Shown one piece after another: positions 10,222-20,424 of a stretch of DNA of 64,000 nucleotides (the first letter of the stretch is position 1; each line of letters begins with the position of its first letter). This DNA is from Chthoniobacterales bacterium. GTDB lineage: Bacteria > Verrucomicrobiota > Verrucomicrobiia > Chthoniobacterales > Chthoniobacteraceae. The stretch is taken from positions 96,001-160,000 of the forward strand of contig JBBQZX010000008.1 of NCBI GenBank assembly GCA_038207335.1, given 5' to 3'. Both the position numbers and the translations under genes were made by a program. The notes beneath the pieces were generated by a model, which searched no databases, had not been told where the DNA came from, and was given only the letters and a program-made list of their open reading frames with translations.

Positions 10222-11311
10222 CGGAGTTTTCGGAGAGGTAGTAACTTGTGAGCTGATCAAAATGGTTCTGCCATGACAGCTCAAGAGCGCGCCTGCGTCC
10301 ACGATCGATCAACCGGATTCGGAGTTCTTCGTCACCCAAGAGCCGACACGTTTGGGCGGCAGCCTCCTCCGGCGCGAGCGGATCAAAGTACAATGCCGCA
10401 TCGGCCCCCACCTCCGGCAGGCTGGAAGCGTTGCTCGACACTACCGGACAGCCCGCGCCCATTGCCTCGATGATCGGGAGGCCAAAACCCTCCAACGTGG
10501 AGGGAAACAAGAGCAACTTCGCGCGCTGGTAGAGAGCGATCAACTGCTCTTCGGATAGGCCACCAAGCTCAACAATATGCTCGGCGGGCATCACCTTGGC
10601 GAGAGCCGTCAGTAAATCGTTATCGAGGCGTCCACCCACCCGTACCAAGGCGACCGGACCGAATTCTCGGATCACCCGCTCCATTACTTCGGGCAGGATC
10701 CGAAGATTTTTACGACCGAGCGTGCTGCCGATACTCAGAACGAGCGGAGCAGTTGGAAGTGGCTTGACCAGATCCAGGCTTCGCGGGTGGGAATATGCGT
10801 CGGCGTCCACACCCAAGGGCAACACGCAGATGGGTAGGTCGGTCTGGAGAAAGTTCCTCAACGCCTGCGCGGTGTATGCCGAGTCGGACAACAGCAAGTC
10901 AGCATCGCGCAGACGGGAAACTGTTTTTCGGAACCGGCGGAGTTGAGCCTGCGTCAATCCTGTCGAGTCTTCCAAGGGTGCCAAGTCATGAACAGTGACG
11001 ATCTTGAACGTAGACCGTGGGACCTGCTGCAGGAGATGCGTGTAGCTGTGATCAAGGACATGAACTACATCGACGCGAGACGATTTCCTGACCTCGAAAG
11101 GATAGCTGAGATACTTTTTAAAAGCTTTTTCCCATCGCCCCCGAGCAGCGGAACGCATCGGGGCAGTCCCCAGGGGACACGAGACTTCAAAAGGCAGGTT
11201 CTCGCGCTGCGACGAGCATTTCTCAATTTCACGCCAGTAACGATCCATGCTGGCATAGCCGTCAGCCGGATGAGCGGGCAGCCAGAGGATTGTTTTTAGC
11301 AGACGATCCAT
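10163..11311 (-). CDS. Glycosyltransferase family 4
   Basis: TVHDL, RKN, STLEGFGLPIIEAMGAG; 3' end overlaps gmd by 59 nt (convergent). Confidence 0.9.
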   Translation of the reverse strand: MDRLLKTILWLPAHPADGYASMDRYWREIEKCSSQRENLPFEVSCPLGTAPMRSAARGRWEKAFKKYLSYPFEVRKSSRVDVVHVLDHSYTHLLQQVPRSTFKIVTVHDLAPLEDSTGLTQAQLRRFRKTVSRLRDADLLLSDSAYTAQALRNFLQTDLPICVLPLGVDADAYSHPRSLDLVKPLPTAPLVLSIGSTLGRKNLRILPEVMERVIREFGPVALVRVGGRLDNDLLTALAKVMPAEHIVELGGLSEEQLIALYQRAKLLLFPSTLEGFGLPIIEAMGAGCPVVSSNASSLPEVGADAALYFDPLAPEEAAAQTCRLLGDEELRIRLIDRGRRRALELSWQNHFDQLTSYYLSENSVRTYPASARVFRDRSEPSP

Positions 11312-11485
11312 TGAAGAAGATTTTCGGTGCGAGGAGTCGAAGAAAGGTGCGCACGCTCATCCAAGAACCCGCCCTCGTCACGCACGAAAGCCGTGAAAGC
11401 AAGCCGACGGGACAGGGCTTGATAAAACATCGACGGCGGGGGAATGCTGAGGCTTGCTCACTCTCCCTCACCGTCGGCTGGCACC

Positions 11486-12625
11486 GTGAAAATCGCGCTC
11501 TCCATTCTCTGCGAAAATCCGAATCGGAAGACGGGGCTGACGACGCTTTTTCACGAGTTCGTGCGTGAGAGTCTCGCGCTGGAGCCGGGCGTTGAGTGGA
11601 TCGTTTTTGCGGGGCCAAAACAGACGTGGACGATCGACGATCCGCGGGTGCGGGTGGTGCGGGATTTTCCAGCAAACGACCGGCTGCAAATGCGGCTGCT
11701 TGCGGATCATTTCCGGGTGCCGGGACGGGCACGCGAACTCGGCGCGACCGTGCTGCTGACGGTGGGCTTCGTCCCGTTGCGGAAAACGCTGCCGACGGTG
11801 ATGCACATGCTTTCGCTACAGCATCTGGACCGGAGCAATCGCGTCGGATTTTTGCGGCAATTTTACCGGCGTTGGATGGCGCGGCGCGGCTTTACGGACG
11901 CGGAGATGATCGTGACGAATTCGGAATGCGCACGGGACCAAATCCTCGCGGATGAGCCGTACTGCGGGGAGCGGCTCTTCGTGAGCTACGAAGGTTTGCA
12001 GCACGCGCAATTTCATCCGCGCTCCGAGCCGGACGAGGCGGTGGCGGTGGAGGAAAAGTTCGGTTTGCGACCCGACTATCTGCTGTGGGTTTCCAACTTT
12101 TATCCCTACAAACAGGCGGTGCTTTTGCTGGAGGGCTACGCGCTTTTGGAGCCGGCACTCCGAAACTCAATGCCGCTCTTGATGGTCGGCGGCGATTGGG
12201 AAAATCGGGTGGAACTCGCGAAGGCGCGGGCGCGGACGCTCGGCATTTTGGACGATGTGAAATTCGTCGGCTGGGTCGGGGACGAATGGCTTGCTCCGCT
12301 CTTCCGTCAGGCGCGGATTTTCGCGCTGCCGAGCCGTGAGGAGACGTTTGGCCGCTGCGTGCTGGAGGCGATGGCGTGCGGCACGCCGTGCTTGGTGAAC
12401 GACATCCCCATCATGCACGAGGTGACCGCCGAACACGCGGAGATCGTCGATTTTCGCGATGCGCAGGCAGTGGCAGCGGCGCTGCGACGGCTCATTTCGG
12501 ATGCCGCGTTGCGCGAAAATTTGCGCTCCGCGGGTATCCGGCGGGCGGACGATTTCAGCTTCGAAAAGCTGACGCGGGAGCGCCTTAATATCATCCGCGC
12601 CGCGGCCGGGCAGGTCGCGAGGTAA
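11486..12625 (+). CDS. Glycosyltransferase family 4
   Basis: GTG start (VKIAL), YPYK, SREETFGRCVLEAMACG. Confidence 0.9.
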   Translation: MKIALSILCENPNRKTGLTTLFHEFVRESLALEPGVEWIVFAGPKQTWTIDDPRVRVVRDFPANDRLQMRLLADHFRVPGRARELGATVLLTVGFVPLRKTLPTVMHMLSLQHLDRSNRVGFLRQFYRRWMARRGFTDAEMIVTNSECARDQILADEPYCGERLFVSYEGLQHAQFHPRSEPDEAVAVEEKFGLRPDYLLWVSNFYPYKQAVLLLEGYALLEPALRNSMPLLMVGGDWENRVELAKARARTLGILDDVKFVGWVGDEWLAPLFRQARIFALPSREETFGRCVLEAMACGTPCLVNDIPIMHEVTAEHAEIVDFRDAQAVAAALRRLISDAALRENLRSAGIRRADDFSFEKLTRERLNIIRAAAGQVAR

Positions 12626-12663
12626 GCGGGCGCGGCGCGTGACGCAGGGGTTTCCAACCCGCG

Positions 12664-12860
12664 AACGCCAACGGCGTTTCCTCATCCAGCTCAGGGTTGA
12701 CCCGAGCAGGAGGCCTACCCTGGGGTCCGACCCAAAACTCCGGCGAGCCCCACCGGGGTTCCATCTGCAACTCTTTCGGAGTTGGCAGCTTTTCCTCCAA
12801 AATTCTAGGGTAGCTCGTCCCACGCAACCCTGGGCTGACGGATCCAACGCCGTTGGCGTA
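12664..12860. repeat. About 200-bp composite palindromic element (REP/BIME or MITE-like)
   Basis: Perfect 14-bp terminal IR ACGCCAACGGCGTT (12665-12678) / AACGCCGTTGGCGT (12846-12859); nested IR CAGCTCAGGGTTG / CAACCCTGGGCTG; internal hairpins. Confidence 0.75.
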
Positions 12861-12968
12861 TCTAGGCGCGGGATTGCTTGAATGGACGCAACTCCAATCA
12901 TTCCTGGAGCCGCTGGTGCGGGCTTTCCCTCGACAACCGCGCTTTTCCCCGTCGAAGGTAGCTGTCTC

Positions 12969-13940
12969 ATGCAAAAAGTTTTCGTCACCGGAGCAGCCGG
13001 CTTCATCGGCAGCACGCTCGTCGATCGGCTGCTGGAAAAAGGGTGCGAGGTAGTGGGGTGGGACAACTTTTCAACCGGGCAGGAGCGGTTCGTTTTGGCG
13101 GCGGCGGAGCAGCCGAAATTCAACCTCGTGCGCGGCGATACGCTCAATCTCGCCGCGTTGACGGCGGCGATGGCGGGATGCGATTTCGTGGTGCATTTCG
13201 CGGCGAATGCGGACGTGCGTTTCGGCACCGAGCAGCCGGGGAAGGACGTGGAGCAAAACACGATCGCGACTTTCAACGTGCTCGAAGCGATGCGCGCGAA
13301 TGGCATCAAGCGCATCGCGTTTTCCTCCACCGGATCGGTTTACGGCGAGGCGGCGAAAATCCCGACGCCGGAGGATGCGCCGTTCCCGATCCAGACTTCG
13401 CTCTACGGCGCGTCGAAGCTCGCGGGCGAGGGGCTCATCGCGGCGTATTGCGAGGGGTTCGGATTCGAAGGTTACGTGTTTCGCTTCGTCTCGATCCTCG
13501 GCGAGCGCTACACGCACGGGCACATTTTCGACTTCTACAAGCAGCTCCTCGAGCATCCAGATCACCTCCGCGTGCTCGGCGATGGGGCGCAGCGAAAGTC
13601 GTATTTGTATGTGCAGGATTGCATCGACGCGATCCTGCACGTCACCTCCGCGCGGCTCGCGGACGCATCAAAACATCGCGTGGAAATCTACAATCTCGGC
13701 GCGCCGGAATACTGCCGCGTGACGGATTCGATCGGTTGGATTTGCGCGCATCTCGGGCTGTCACCCCGGCTCGATTTCACCGGCGGCGAACGCGGCTGGA
13801 TTGGCGATAATCCGTTCATCTTCCTGGACACGGAAAAGGCGCAGGCGACCGGCTGGAAGCCGAGGCTGACGATCCGCGAAGGCGTGGTGCGGACAGTCGA
13901 TTGGCTGCGCGAAAATCAATGGGTTTTCGTCCAACGATGA
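12969..13940 (+). CDS. NAD-dependent epimerase/dehydratase (GalE-like extended SDR)
   Basis: VTGAAGFIGS, SSTGSVYG, YGASK. Confidence 0.92.
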   Translation: MQKVFVTGAAGFIGSTLVDRLLEKGCEVVGWDNFSTGQERFVLAAAEQPKFNLVRGDTLNLAALTAAMAGCDFVVHFAANADVRFGTEQPGKDVEQNTIATFNVLEAMRANGIKRIAFSSTGSVYGEAAKIPTPEDAPFPIQTSLYGASKLAGEGLIAAYCEGFGFEGYVFRFVSILGERYTHGHIFDFYKQLLEHPDHLRVLGDGAQRKSYLYVQDCIDAILHVTSARLADASKHRVEIYNLGAPEYCRVTDSIGWICAHLGLSPRLDFTGGERGWIGDNPFIFLDTEKAQATGWKPRLTIREGVVRTVDWLRENQWVFVQR

Positions 13941-14803
13941 AGCTGGCCGGGCAGAATGTGATCGTCACGGGAGGCAGTCAGGGACTCGGGCGGGCAATTG
14001 TGGAGGAGTTCGGAAGCGCGGGAGCGAATGTGCTTTTTTGCGCACGTGACGAAATGCAGGCGCGGGGCGCGATGGAGGCAATGAAGCTCATTTTTTCGCA
14101 CGGAAATCGCATCGTTGCGCAGCCATGCGATGTGTCGAACGAAGACGATGTCTCGCGATTGTTTTCTTACGCGGAGTCGGAATTTGGAGCTGTGAATGCA
14201 GTGATTAACAATGCGGGTGTTCAAGCTCCGATCGGCCTCGCAGAGGAGAACGATTGGTCGGAATGGCGGCGATGCGTGGAGGTGAATCTTTTTGGCACGA
14301 TGCTGATGTGCCGCGCCGCAATCCCGATTTTCAAAAAGGTCGGGTGCGGAAAAATTGTGAATCTCTCTGGCGGCGGAGCAGCAAGTCCGCGGGCAAATTA
14401 TTCGGCTTACGCAGCTTCGAAAGCAGCGGTGGTGCGGCTGACGGAAACACTTGCGGAAGAACTTTGCGGATTTCGCGTCGATGTGAACGCGGTTGCGCCC
14501 GGAGCGTTGAACACGCGGATGCTTGCGGAGACGCTCGCGGCGGGATCGGAGCAGGCGGGGGCAACGGCCTTTGGGCAGGCGGAGAAGCAGGCGGGCAGCG
14601 GCGGCAATTCAATGCAACGTGCGGCTGCGCTGTGCGTTTTTCTCGCGTCACCCGAGAGCAATGGAATCACCGGGCGGCTGCTTTCAGCGCCTTGGGATCC
14701 GTGGTCGACGTTGAGCGCACGCGCGGACGAATTGGCCGCGTCCGACATTTATACGTTGCGACGAATCCTGCCCGAAGACCGTGGAAGAAACTGGAATGAA
14801 TGA
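13937..14803 (+). CDS. Classical SDR oxidoreductase
   Basis: TGGSQGLG, NNAG, YAASK; ATGA overlap. Confidence 0.92.
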   Translation: MKLAGQNVIVTGGSQGLGRAIVEEFGSAGANVLFCARDEMQARGAMEAMKLIFSHGNRIVAQPCDVSNEDDVSRLFSYAESEFGAVNAVINNAGVQAPIGLAEENDWSEWRRCVEVNLFGTMLMCRAAIPIFKKVGCGKIVNLSGGGAASPRANYSAYAASKAAVVRLTETLAEELCGFRVDVNAVAPGALNTRMLAETLAAGSEQAGATAFGQAEKQAGSGGNSMQRAAALCVFLASPESNGITGRLLSAPWDPWSTLSARADELAASDIYTLRRILPEDRGRNWNE

Positions 14804-15788
14804 GACGCTGAAATTCGCAGTCGTCGGGTGCGGCTTGATCGGGCGGAAACGGGTCACAGCGATGCGTGCGGGGCAGCTCGCGGTGGCTTGCGATGTGCAG
14901 CTCGCGCGGGCTGAAAGCCTGGTCGCCGAGGCGCGTTCGGGACGCGCGACGGCGGACTTTCACGATGCGGTGAATGATGCGGCGGTGGATGCGGTGATCG
15001 TCTCGACCCTGAACGGCTCGCTCGCGGAAATCGGACTCGCAGCGATTCACGCCGGCAAGCATGTGCTCGTGGAAAAACCGGGCGGGATTTCAGCCGCGCA
15101 ACTCGCAGAAATGCGCGAAGCCGCGACGGCGAAAAACGTGCGGGTGCGGGTCGGCTACAATCACCGGTTTCATCCCGCGTTTCAAAAGGCGCGCGAGCTT
15201 TTCGAGGCGGGCGCACTGGGGCCGATGATGTTCATCCGCGCGCGCTACGGGCACGGTGGGCGGGTCGGCTACGATCGCGAATGGCGCGCCGATCCGGCGG
15301 TTTCCGGCGGCGGCGAGCTGATCGATCAGGGCGTGCATTTGATCGATCTCGCGCGCTGGTTTCTCGGCAATTTCACCGGTCTCGAGGGACACGCGACGAC
15401 GAGCTTTTGGGATATGAAGGTGGACGACAATGCGTTCCTTTCGCTCCGCACCGCGGGCGGGCAGACGGCGTGGCTGCACGCGAGCTGCACGGAGTGGAAA
15501 AATCTTTTCTCGTTCGAGATTTACGGGCGCGACGCGAAGCTGCACGTCGAGGGGCTCGGCGGGAGCTACGGAATCGAGCGGCTCTATTTTTACAGGATGT
15601 TGCCGGAGATGGGGCCGCCCGAGACGACGATCTGGGAATATCCGCGCGGCGATCGGTCGTGGGCGCTGGAGATGGCGGAGTTTGAACAAGACATCGCGCG
15701 CGGGCGCGAGCCGTCGCCGGGGCTCGATGAGGGGCTGGCGGTGATGCGCGTGGTGGACACGATTTACAAGAAATGCGGTTACCCGTGA
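14796..15788 (+). CDS. Gfo/Idh/MocA family oxidoreductase
   Basis: VGCGLIG, HVLVEKP, GYNHRF, GGGELIDQGVHLID. Confidence 0.93.
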   Translation: MNETLKFAVVGCGLIGRKRVTAMRAGQLAVACDVQLARAESLVAEARSGRATADFHDAVNDAAVDAVIVSTLNGSLAEIGLAAIHAGKHVLVEKPGGISAAQLAEMREAATAKNVRVRVGYNHRFHPAFQKARELFEAGALGPMMFIRARYGHGGRVGYDREWRADPAVSGGGELIDQGVHLIDLARWFLGNFTGLEGHATTSFWDMKVDDNAFLSLRTAGGQTAWLHASCTEWKNLFSFEIYGRDAKLHVEGLGGSYGIERLYFYRMLPEMGPPETTIWEYPRGDRSWALEMAEFEQDIARGREPSPGLDEGLAVMRVVDTIYKKCGYP

Positions 15789-15898
15789 TCCGCGCTTCGC
15801 GCGCCCGTGGCTTTCCGCAAATGCTCTAGGTTCGCTGAACGCCGCAAGAAGAACGGAACTGTCGCCAAGGAGATTTGAATCATCCAGTTTACCCACGC

Positions 15899-16951
15899 AT
15901 GCGCAAACTACTCGTCACCGGCTCTTCGGGACTGATCGGCTCCGAAGTCACGGGCTATTTCTGCGAACGAGGCTGGGAAGTGCATGGAGCCGACAACAAC
16001 ATGCGGGCGGACTTTTTCGGCCCCGCGGGAGACACGCGCTGGAACCAGAACCGGCTCCTGGCGACACATACGGGGTTCCGCCATCACGAGCTGGACATCC
16101 GGGATCGCGCGGCGGTGCTCGCGTGTGTCGAGTCGCTGCGTCCGGCGATGATCGTCCATACCGCAGCACAGCCCAGCCACGATCTCGCCGCCTCACGGCC
16201 GTTCGACGATTTTGATGTCAACGCTGGCGGCACGCTGAATCTGCTCGAAGCGGCGAGGCGTCATGCGCCCGAGACAGTCTTTGTGCACATGAGCACTAAC
16301 AAGGTGTACGGCGACCGTCCCAACTCCATCCGACTCCGCGAACTTCCCACCCGATGGGACTACGATGATCCGGCTTACGCAGAGGGGATCTCGGAAACAT
16401 TTCCCATCGATCAGAGCAAGCACAGCCTCTTCGGCGCATCGAAGGTCGCGGCAGACATCATGGTGCAGGAATATGGACGTTATTTCGGCATGAAGACTTG
16501 CTGCCTGCGAGGGGGCTGCCTCACCGGTCCGAATCACAGCGGAGTCGAGCTGCACGGATTCCTCAGCTACCTGATTCAGTGTAACCTTCAAGGCTGCCCG
16601 TATCATGTTTACGGCTATGGGGGTAAGCAGGTGCGTGATAACATCCACGCCCTGGATGTTGCGCGGTTCATCCACGCATTCTCCGAGGCACCGCGTTCCG
16701 GGGAAGTTTATAACATCGGGGGCGGTCGCGCCAATAGCTGTTCGATACTGGAGGCGTTTGATCGCATCGCCGCGCTCACCGGAAAGAAGATGGAACACGA
16801 TTACATGAACAAAAATCGCGAGGGTGACCACATCTGCTACATCAGCGACCTATCGAAAATGAAGGCGCACTTCCCCGGGTGGAACATCACTCAGTCGCTT
16901 GATAACATCTTCGAGCAGATCCACCAGTCAGCTGCTTCGGGGAGGGTGTGA
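15899..16951 (+). CDS. CDP-paratose 2-epimerase (tyvelose epimerase)-like NAD-dependent epimerase
   Basis: [35 protein letters not shown]. Confidence 0.85.
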   Translation: MRKLLVTGSSGLIGSEVTGYFCERGWEVHGADNNMRADFFGPAGDTRWNQNRLLATHTGFRHHELDIRDRAAVLACVESLRPAMIVHTAAQPSHDLAASRPFDDFDVNAGGTLNLLEAARRHAPETVFVHMSTNKVYGDRPNSIRLRELPTRWDYDDPAYAEGISETFPIDQSKHSLFGASKVAADIMVQEYGRYFGMKTCCLRGGCLTGPNHSGVELHGFLSYLIQCNLQGCPYHVYGYGGKQVRDNIHALDVARFIHAFSEAPRSGEVYNIGGGRANSCSILEAFDRIAALTGKKMEHDYMNKNREGDHICYISDLSKMKAHFPGWNITQSLDNIFEQIHQSAASGRV

Positions 16952-16989
16952 GCGCTTCGAGGGAAGGCACACCGCGAGACCGCTTCCGC

Positions 16990-18933
16990 TCAATCCGCCG
17001 CCGGGAGAACTGAGGGTTGCAAGCGCAGCAGCGGGGCGGAGGCCAGAACGGTGACGAAGCTGATGGAAAACAGGAGTATCCACTTGCCGCTTTGCGCGAG
17101 GCCTTCCGTGAATGGGGTGCAACGCCCAGAGGCGCGAGGCTCGGAAAACGCAAACCACGCCGTTTCGCTCGCATCGGTGGCCTCGAGGTGGTAGGACGTG
17201 CCGGGATGGACGCGGGCATAGATCGCATCGCGATCGCGCAGCAGAGAGGGGAATGTGGTGCGCAGTTTCGGGAGCAGATCCTCGCGGGTGCCGGCTGCTT
17301 CATCGACGAGTTCGAGCTTCGCCTCGGGGATCCGGTATGCGGAGAAACGCGCGCGTTTGTCCAAGAGGAATTCGACGACGATGTAGTCGCGCTGCGGGAC
17401 GAACGCATTCGAGATGAAGCGCGCGGTAAAGGCCTCCCGCATTTCGGGATGGTAGCTGCCCCAATAGTTTGCCGCCGGCCGACCGAAGTAGGCTGGGTGG
17501 GCGGCACCAGGGAGAAAATTCGCGGCACCCGCGTTCACGGGCGAGAGCGGCCAGCCGATGACATCGGCACTGGCGAGCACAGGGTTGGTTCCCGCCGTCC
17601 GGAGCCAGGGGCGGAGTACTTCCGCCGGGGCGATGTCACGGGTTTCGTCAGTCCCGGCAGGCAGGACGGATGGTTCTTCGGAGATCCATCTACGCAAATC
17701 CCCTACCTTGGGGGGCTCTGGCCATTCGCCATTTTCCCGCGCGACGAAAGGCCATGTGCGGTAAAGGAGATGCAGGGAAAACCCGAAGGCGAGGAGGGTG
17801 ATCGTGCCAAGGGTGAAGACGCGCACCGGGAAGCCGACGGGCGTCTCCTGCCAAAGCCTCCGCAGGCAGATCGCGCTGAGGAGCGGGAGCAGGACGAGAA
17901 TATCTGTGTAGCGGTTCGAAGGCATGTTGAAATTGCCCTCGTCCGCGCGGAAGAGTCCCATGCCCACCGTTTGAAGCAGCACCAGCGCCGCGACGGCGAG
18001 CGTGAATTCGTTGGCCGACGTGCGCCATCGTGACAGGCGTATGTAGCGCCAGACGAAGAGGCCGACCGGGAGCAAAGTCACCAAGGCGGAGGCCGGAAGG
18101 AAGACGTTGGGCCACGCCGCCGCCTTAAGCACCGTGGTGAAGAACTGAATCACGCCGGGGCGCGGAGCAGCGGCTTCACCGCGCGGCATGGAGATGAAGG
18201 CATAGAGGAAAAGGGCCAGCGAGGCGGCGATGAGCAGCGCATCCGGTCCGCTGCAGCGCCTTCGGAAGAAGGAGCGCAGGCCCGCGACCGCGACGATTGC
18301 GAGACAGACGAGGCAACCCGAACCGAGGCTCCACGTGGCCATCAGCGCGAGCACGAGCGCCGCAAAGGCATGCCACCATCGATCGCGGCGGAAGACCACC
18401 AGGGACAGAGCTAGCAGCGAGAAAGACATCGTGGCAGCGAAACCCGAAAGGAAGCCCCAGCTAACGCGATGGCCCGCGAAGGGAATGCCAATCAGAAAAA
18501 CCACGGCGAGCGAGAGCAAGAGGTTCTGGCGTGCCGGAATCCCGCGCGCGAAGAGCGCCTGCACGATCGCCGCATAACCCCCTGCGACGAGCGCCCCGAT
18601 CACGAATTCAAGCCGCATGTCGTACGCGCCGTTGAGGAGGAAACAGAGCAGGCTGCTCGCACGAGCGAAGGCGTAAAAATGCGCGCCGTGCCGCTCGAAA
18701 ACGAACTGCCAGTGATGCTCGCCCTGCGACCAACGCTCGAGCCAGGCGACCGTCGTCCAGTCGTCGGCGAAAGGCACCTGCGTGGTGAATCTTTCACCCA
18801 CAGCCAGACGAAGCGCGGCGACCATCAGTCCCGTGAGTACCACGCAAAGCCACGGGCGCGCCCACTCGAGTCGCTGACTGAGACCCGCAACGAAGCGTGC
18901 GGGCAGGGAGGGGAGTGCGAGGTTGCTATTCAT
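16990..18933 (-). CDS. Large multi-pass membrane protein, GT-C-like (lipid-linked-donor glycosyltransferase candidate)
   Basis: Acidic PFADDW motif after TM1, about 11 TMs, soluble C-terminal domain, terminal TM; last gene of the epimerase-GT2-MTase unit. Confidence 0.55.
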   Translation of the reverse strand: MNSNLALPSLPARFVAGLSQRLEWARPWLCVVLTGLMVAALRLAVGERFTTQVPFADDWTTVAWLERWSQGEHHWQFVFERHGAHFYAFARASSLLCFLLNGAYDMRLEFVIGALVAGGYAAIVQALFARGIPARQNLLLSLAVVFLIGIPFAGHRVSWGFLSGFAATMSFSLLALSLVVFRRDRWWHAFAALVLALMATWSLGSGCLVCLAIVAVAGLRSFFRRRCSGPDALLIAASLALFLYAFISMPRGEAAAPRPGVIQFFTTVLKAAAWPNVFLPASALVTLLPVGLFVWRYIRLSRWRTSANEFTLAVAALVLLQTVGMGLFRADEGNFNMPSNRYTDILVLLPLLSAICLRRLWQETPVGFPVRVFTLGTITLLAFGFSLHLLYRTWPFVARENGEWPEPPKVGDLRRWISEEPSVLPAGTDETRDIAPAEVLRPWLRTAGTNPVLASADVIGWPLSPVNAGAANFLPGAAHPAYFGRPAANYWGSYHPEMREAFTARFISNAFVPQRDYIVVEFLLDKRARFSAYRIPEAKLELVDEAAGTREDLLPKLRTTFPSLLRDRDAIYARVHPGTSYHLEATDASETAWFAFSEPRASGRCTPFTEGLAQSGKWILLFSISFVTVLASAPLLRLQPSVLPAAD

Positions 18934-18940
18934 GGGGAAC

Positions 18941-19621
18941 CTACTTCACGCCGACGACGAGGAACTGTCGGCCGATAAAGCGCCACGCGAACGCGAGCCG
19001 CAGGTAGAGTCGCAGGAAAAACAGCGGTGGCCGGAAGCCGGCCGACATCGAGTAGGGCAGGAACTTTGGAATGCACCGCTCGATGCGGAAGGATTCCAGC
19101 CGGAGCAATTCGGAGAGCGATGCTTCGGTCAGAGTCACGTGATGATCCCAAAAATCCCAATAGGAGCCAGGCAGGAATTTGATGTTCGGCCCCATGCAGA
19201 TGAGGCGTCCGCCAGGTCGCAGGCAGCGCCAAGCCTGCGCGACTGTCTTCTGCAGCAATTCCTTATCCGGCAAATGCTCGAAGAAGTTTGAGGTGAAGAC
19301 GACGTCGAGCGACTCGTCGGGAAGCGGCCACATTGCGGAACAATCCTGATTGAGGAAAGTGACTCCTTCACCGAGTCGCTGGCCACCTTCGGGGTTGAGA
19401 TCCATCCCATATTTTTTGGTCGCCTGGATCTGGCTGATGAATTCACCCCAGCCGCAGCCGAGATCGAGCACGGTCTGATCCGTGCCGACGAGACGCTGGA
19501 AATACTCGCGCGTGAGCACGGCCCAGACACGACGGCGGTATTCGTGCATCGCGCTGAAACGCAATTGGTATTCGCGCTGGAGTTCAGCGCCTTTTTCCGT
19601 AGCAGAGGATTCGGGGTTCAT
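18941..19621 (-). CDS. Class I SAM-dependent methyltransferase
   Basis: VLDLGCGWG, SNFFEHL, LRPGG. Confidence 0.9.
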   Translation of the reverse strand: MNPESSATEKGAELQREYQLRFSAMHEYRRRVWAVLTREYFQRLVGTDQTVLDLGCGWGEFISQIQATKKYGMDLNPEGGQRLGEGVTFLNQDCSAMWPLPDESLDVVFTSNFFEHLPDKELLQKTVAQAWRCLRPGGRLICMGPNIKFLPGSYWDFWDHHVTLTEASLSELLRLESFRIERCIPKFLPYSMSAGFRPPLFFLRLYLRLAFAWRFIGRQFLVVGVK

Positions 19622-20424
19622 GGGTTTGATTCCTCCGCCGGCAGGTTATTCTTGTGGTAGTCGCCCCGGCTGAAATATTTCTCCAGCCACACATAGAGGC
19701 AGATGAAAAGGTAGCGGCTGCCCATCTCGCGGATTTTCAGCTTCGCCTCGCCCGTCCGGCGGTTGCGCCAGGTGATGGGTATGACGGTCCACGAATAGCC
19801 GCGCACGATAGCCTTGAGCGGGATTTCGACAGTGAGGTTAAAGTGCGGCGCGATGAGCGGACGGCAGCCATCTATCACCGTCTTGCGATAGGCCTTGAAG
19901 GCATTCGTCACGTCGTTGAGGCGGATGTTGAAAAGCAGGCGGAGGAAGAGGTTCGCCAGACGGTTCATGCGGAGCTTCAGCCAGGGGTAATCAATGACGC
20001 CGCCGCCTTTCACAAACCGGCTGCCAAAGACGCAGTCGTGTCCCTCGTTGAGGAGTTGCCAATAGCGGACGACATCCCGGCAGTCGTCGGAATCATCCGC
20101 CATCATGATGGTGACCGCATCGCCCTTCATCTGATCGAGACCGCAGACAATGGCGCGGCCGAAGCCGTGCGGGCCCTCGTTTCGCAGCGACTGAAGCTCG
20201 GGAATGCGCCCACGCATCTCCTGCAGGATCGGCCAAGTCGCATCGCTGCTGCCGTCATCTACCACGATGATTTCGTGGGGGACATTGTGCAGGCGCAGTT
20301 CCAAGTGCAGGCGCTCGACGGTCGCGGCGATGCAGCCCGCCTCGTCGCGCGCGGGGATGACGATGCTCATTAGGCGCAACGGCGGCGGCGGGATGGGAGC
20401 AGGAACTGTTTCAACCATGTTCAT
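19618..20424 (-). CDS. GT2, polyprenyl-phosphate (Dol-P-Man synthase-like) glycosyltransferase
   Basis: SIVIPARDE, VVDDGSSD, GFGRA, MADDSD, FGSRF; ATGA overlaps at both ends. Confidence 0.88.
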   Translation of the reverse strand: MNMVETVPAPIPPPPLRLMSIVIPARDEAGCIAATVERLHLELRLHNVPHEIIVVDDGSSDATWPILQEMRGRIPELQSLRNEGPHGFGRAIVCGLDQMKGDAVTIMMADDSDDCRDVVRYWQLLNEGHDCVFGSRFVKGGGVIDYPWLKLRMNRLANLFLRLLFNIRLNDVTNAFKAYRKTVIDGCRPLIAPHFNLTVEIPLKAIVRGYSWTVIPITWRNRRTGEAKLKIREMGSRYLFICLYVWLEKYFSRGDYHKNNLPAEESNP

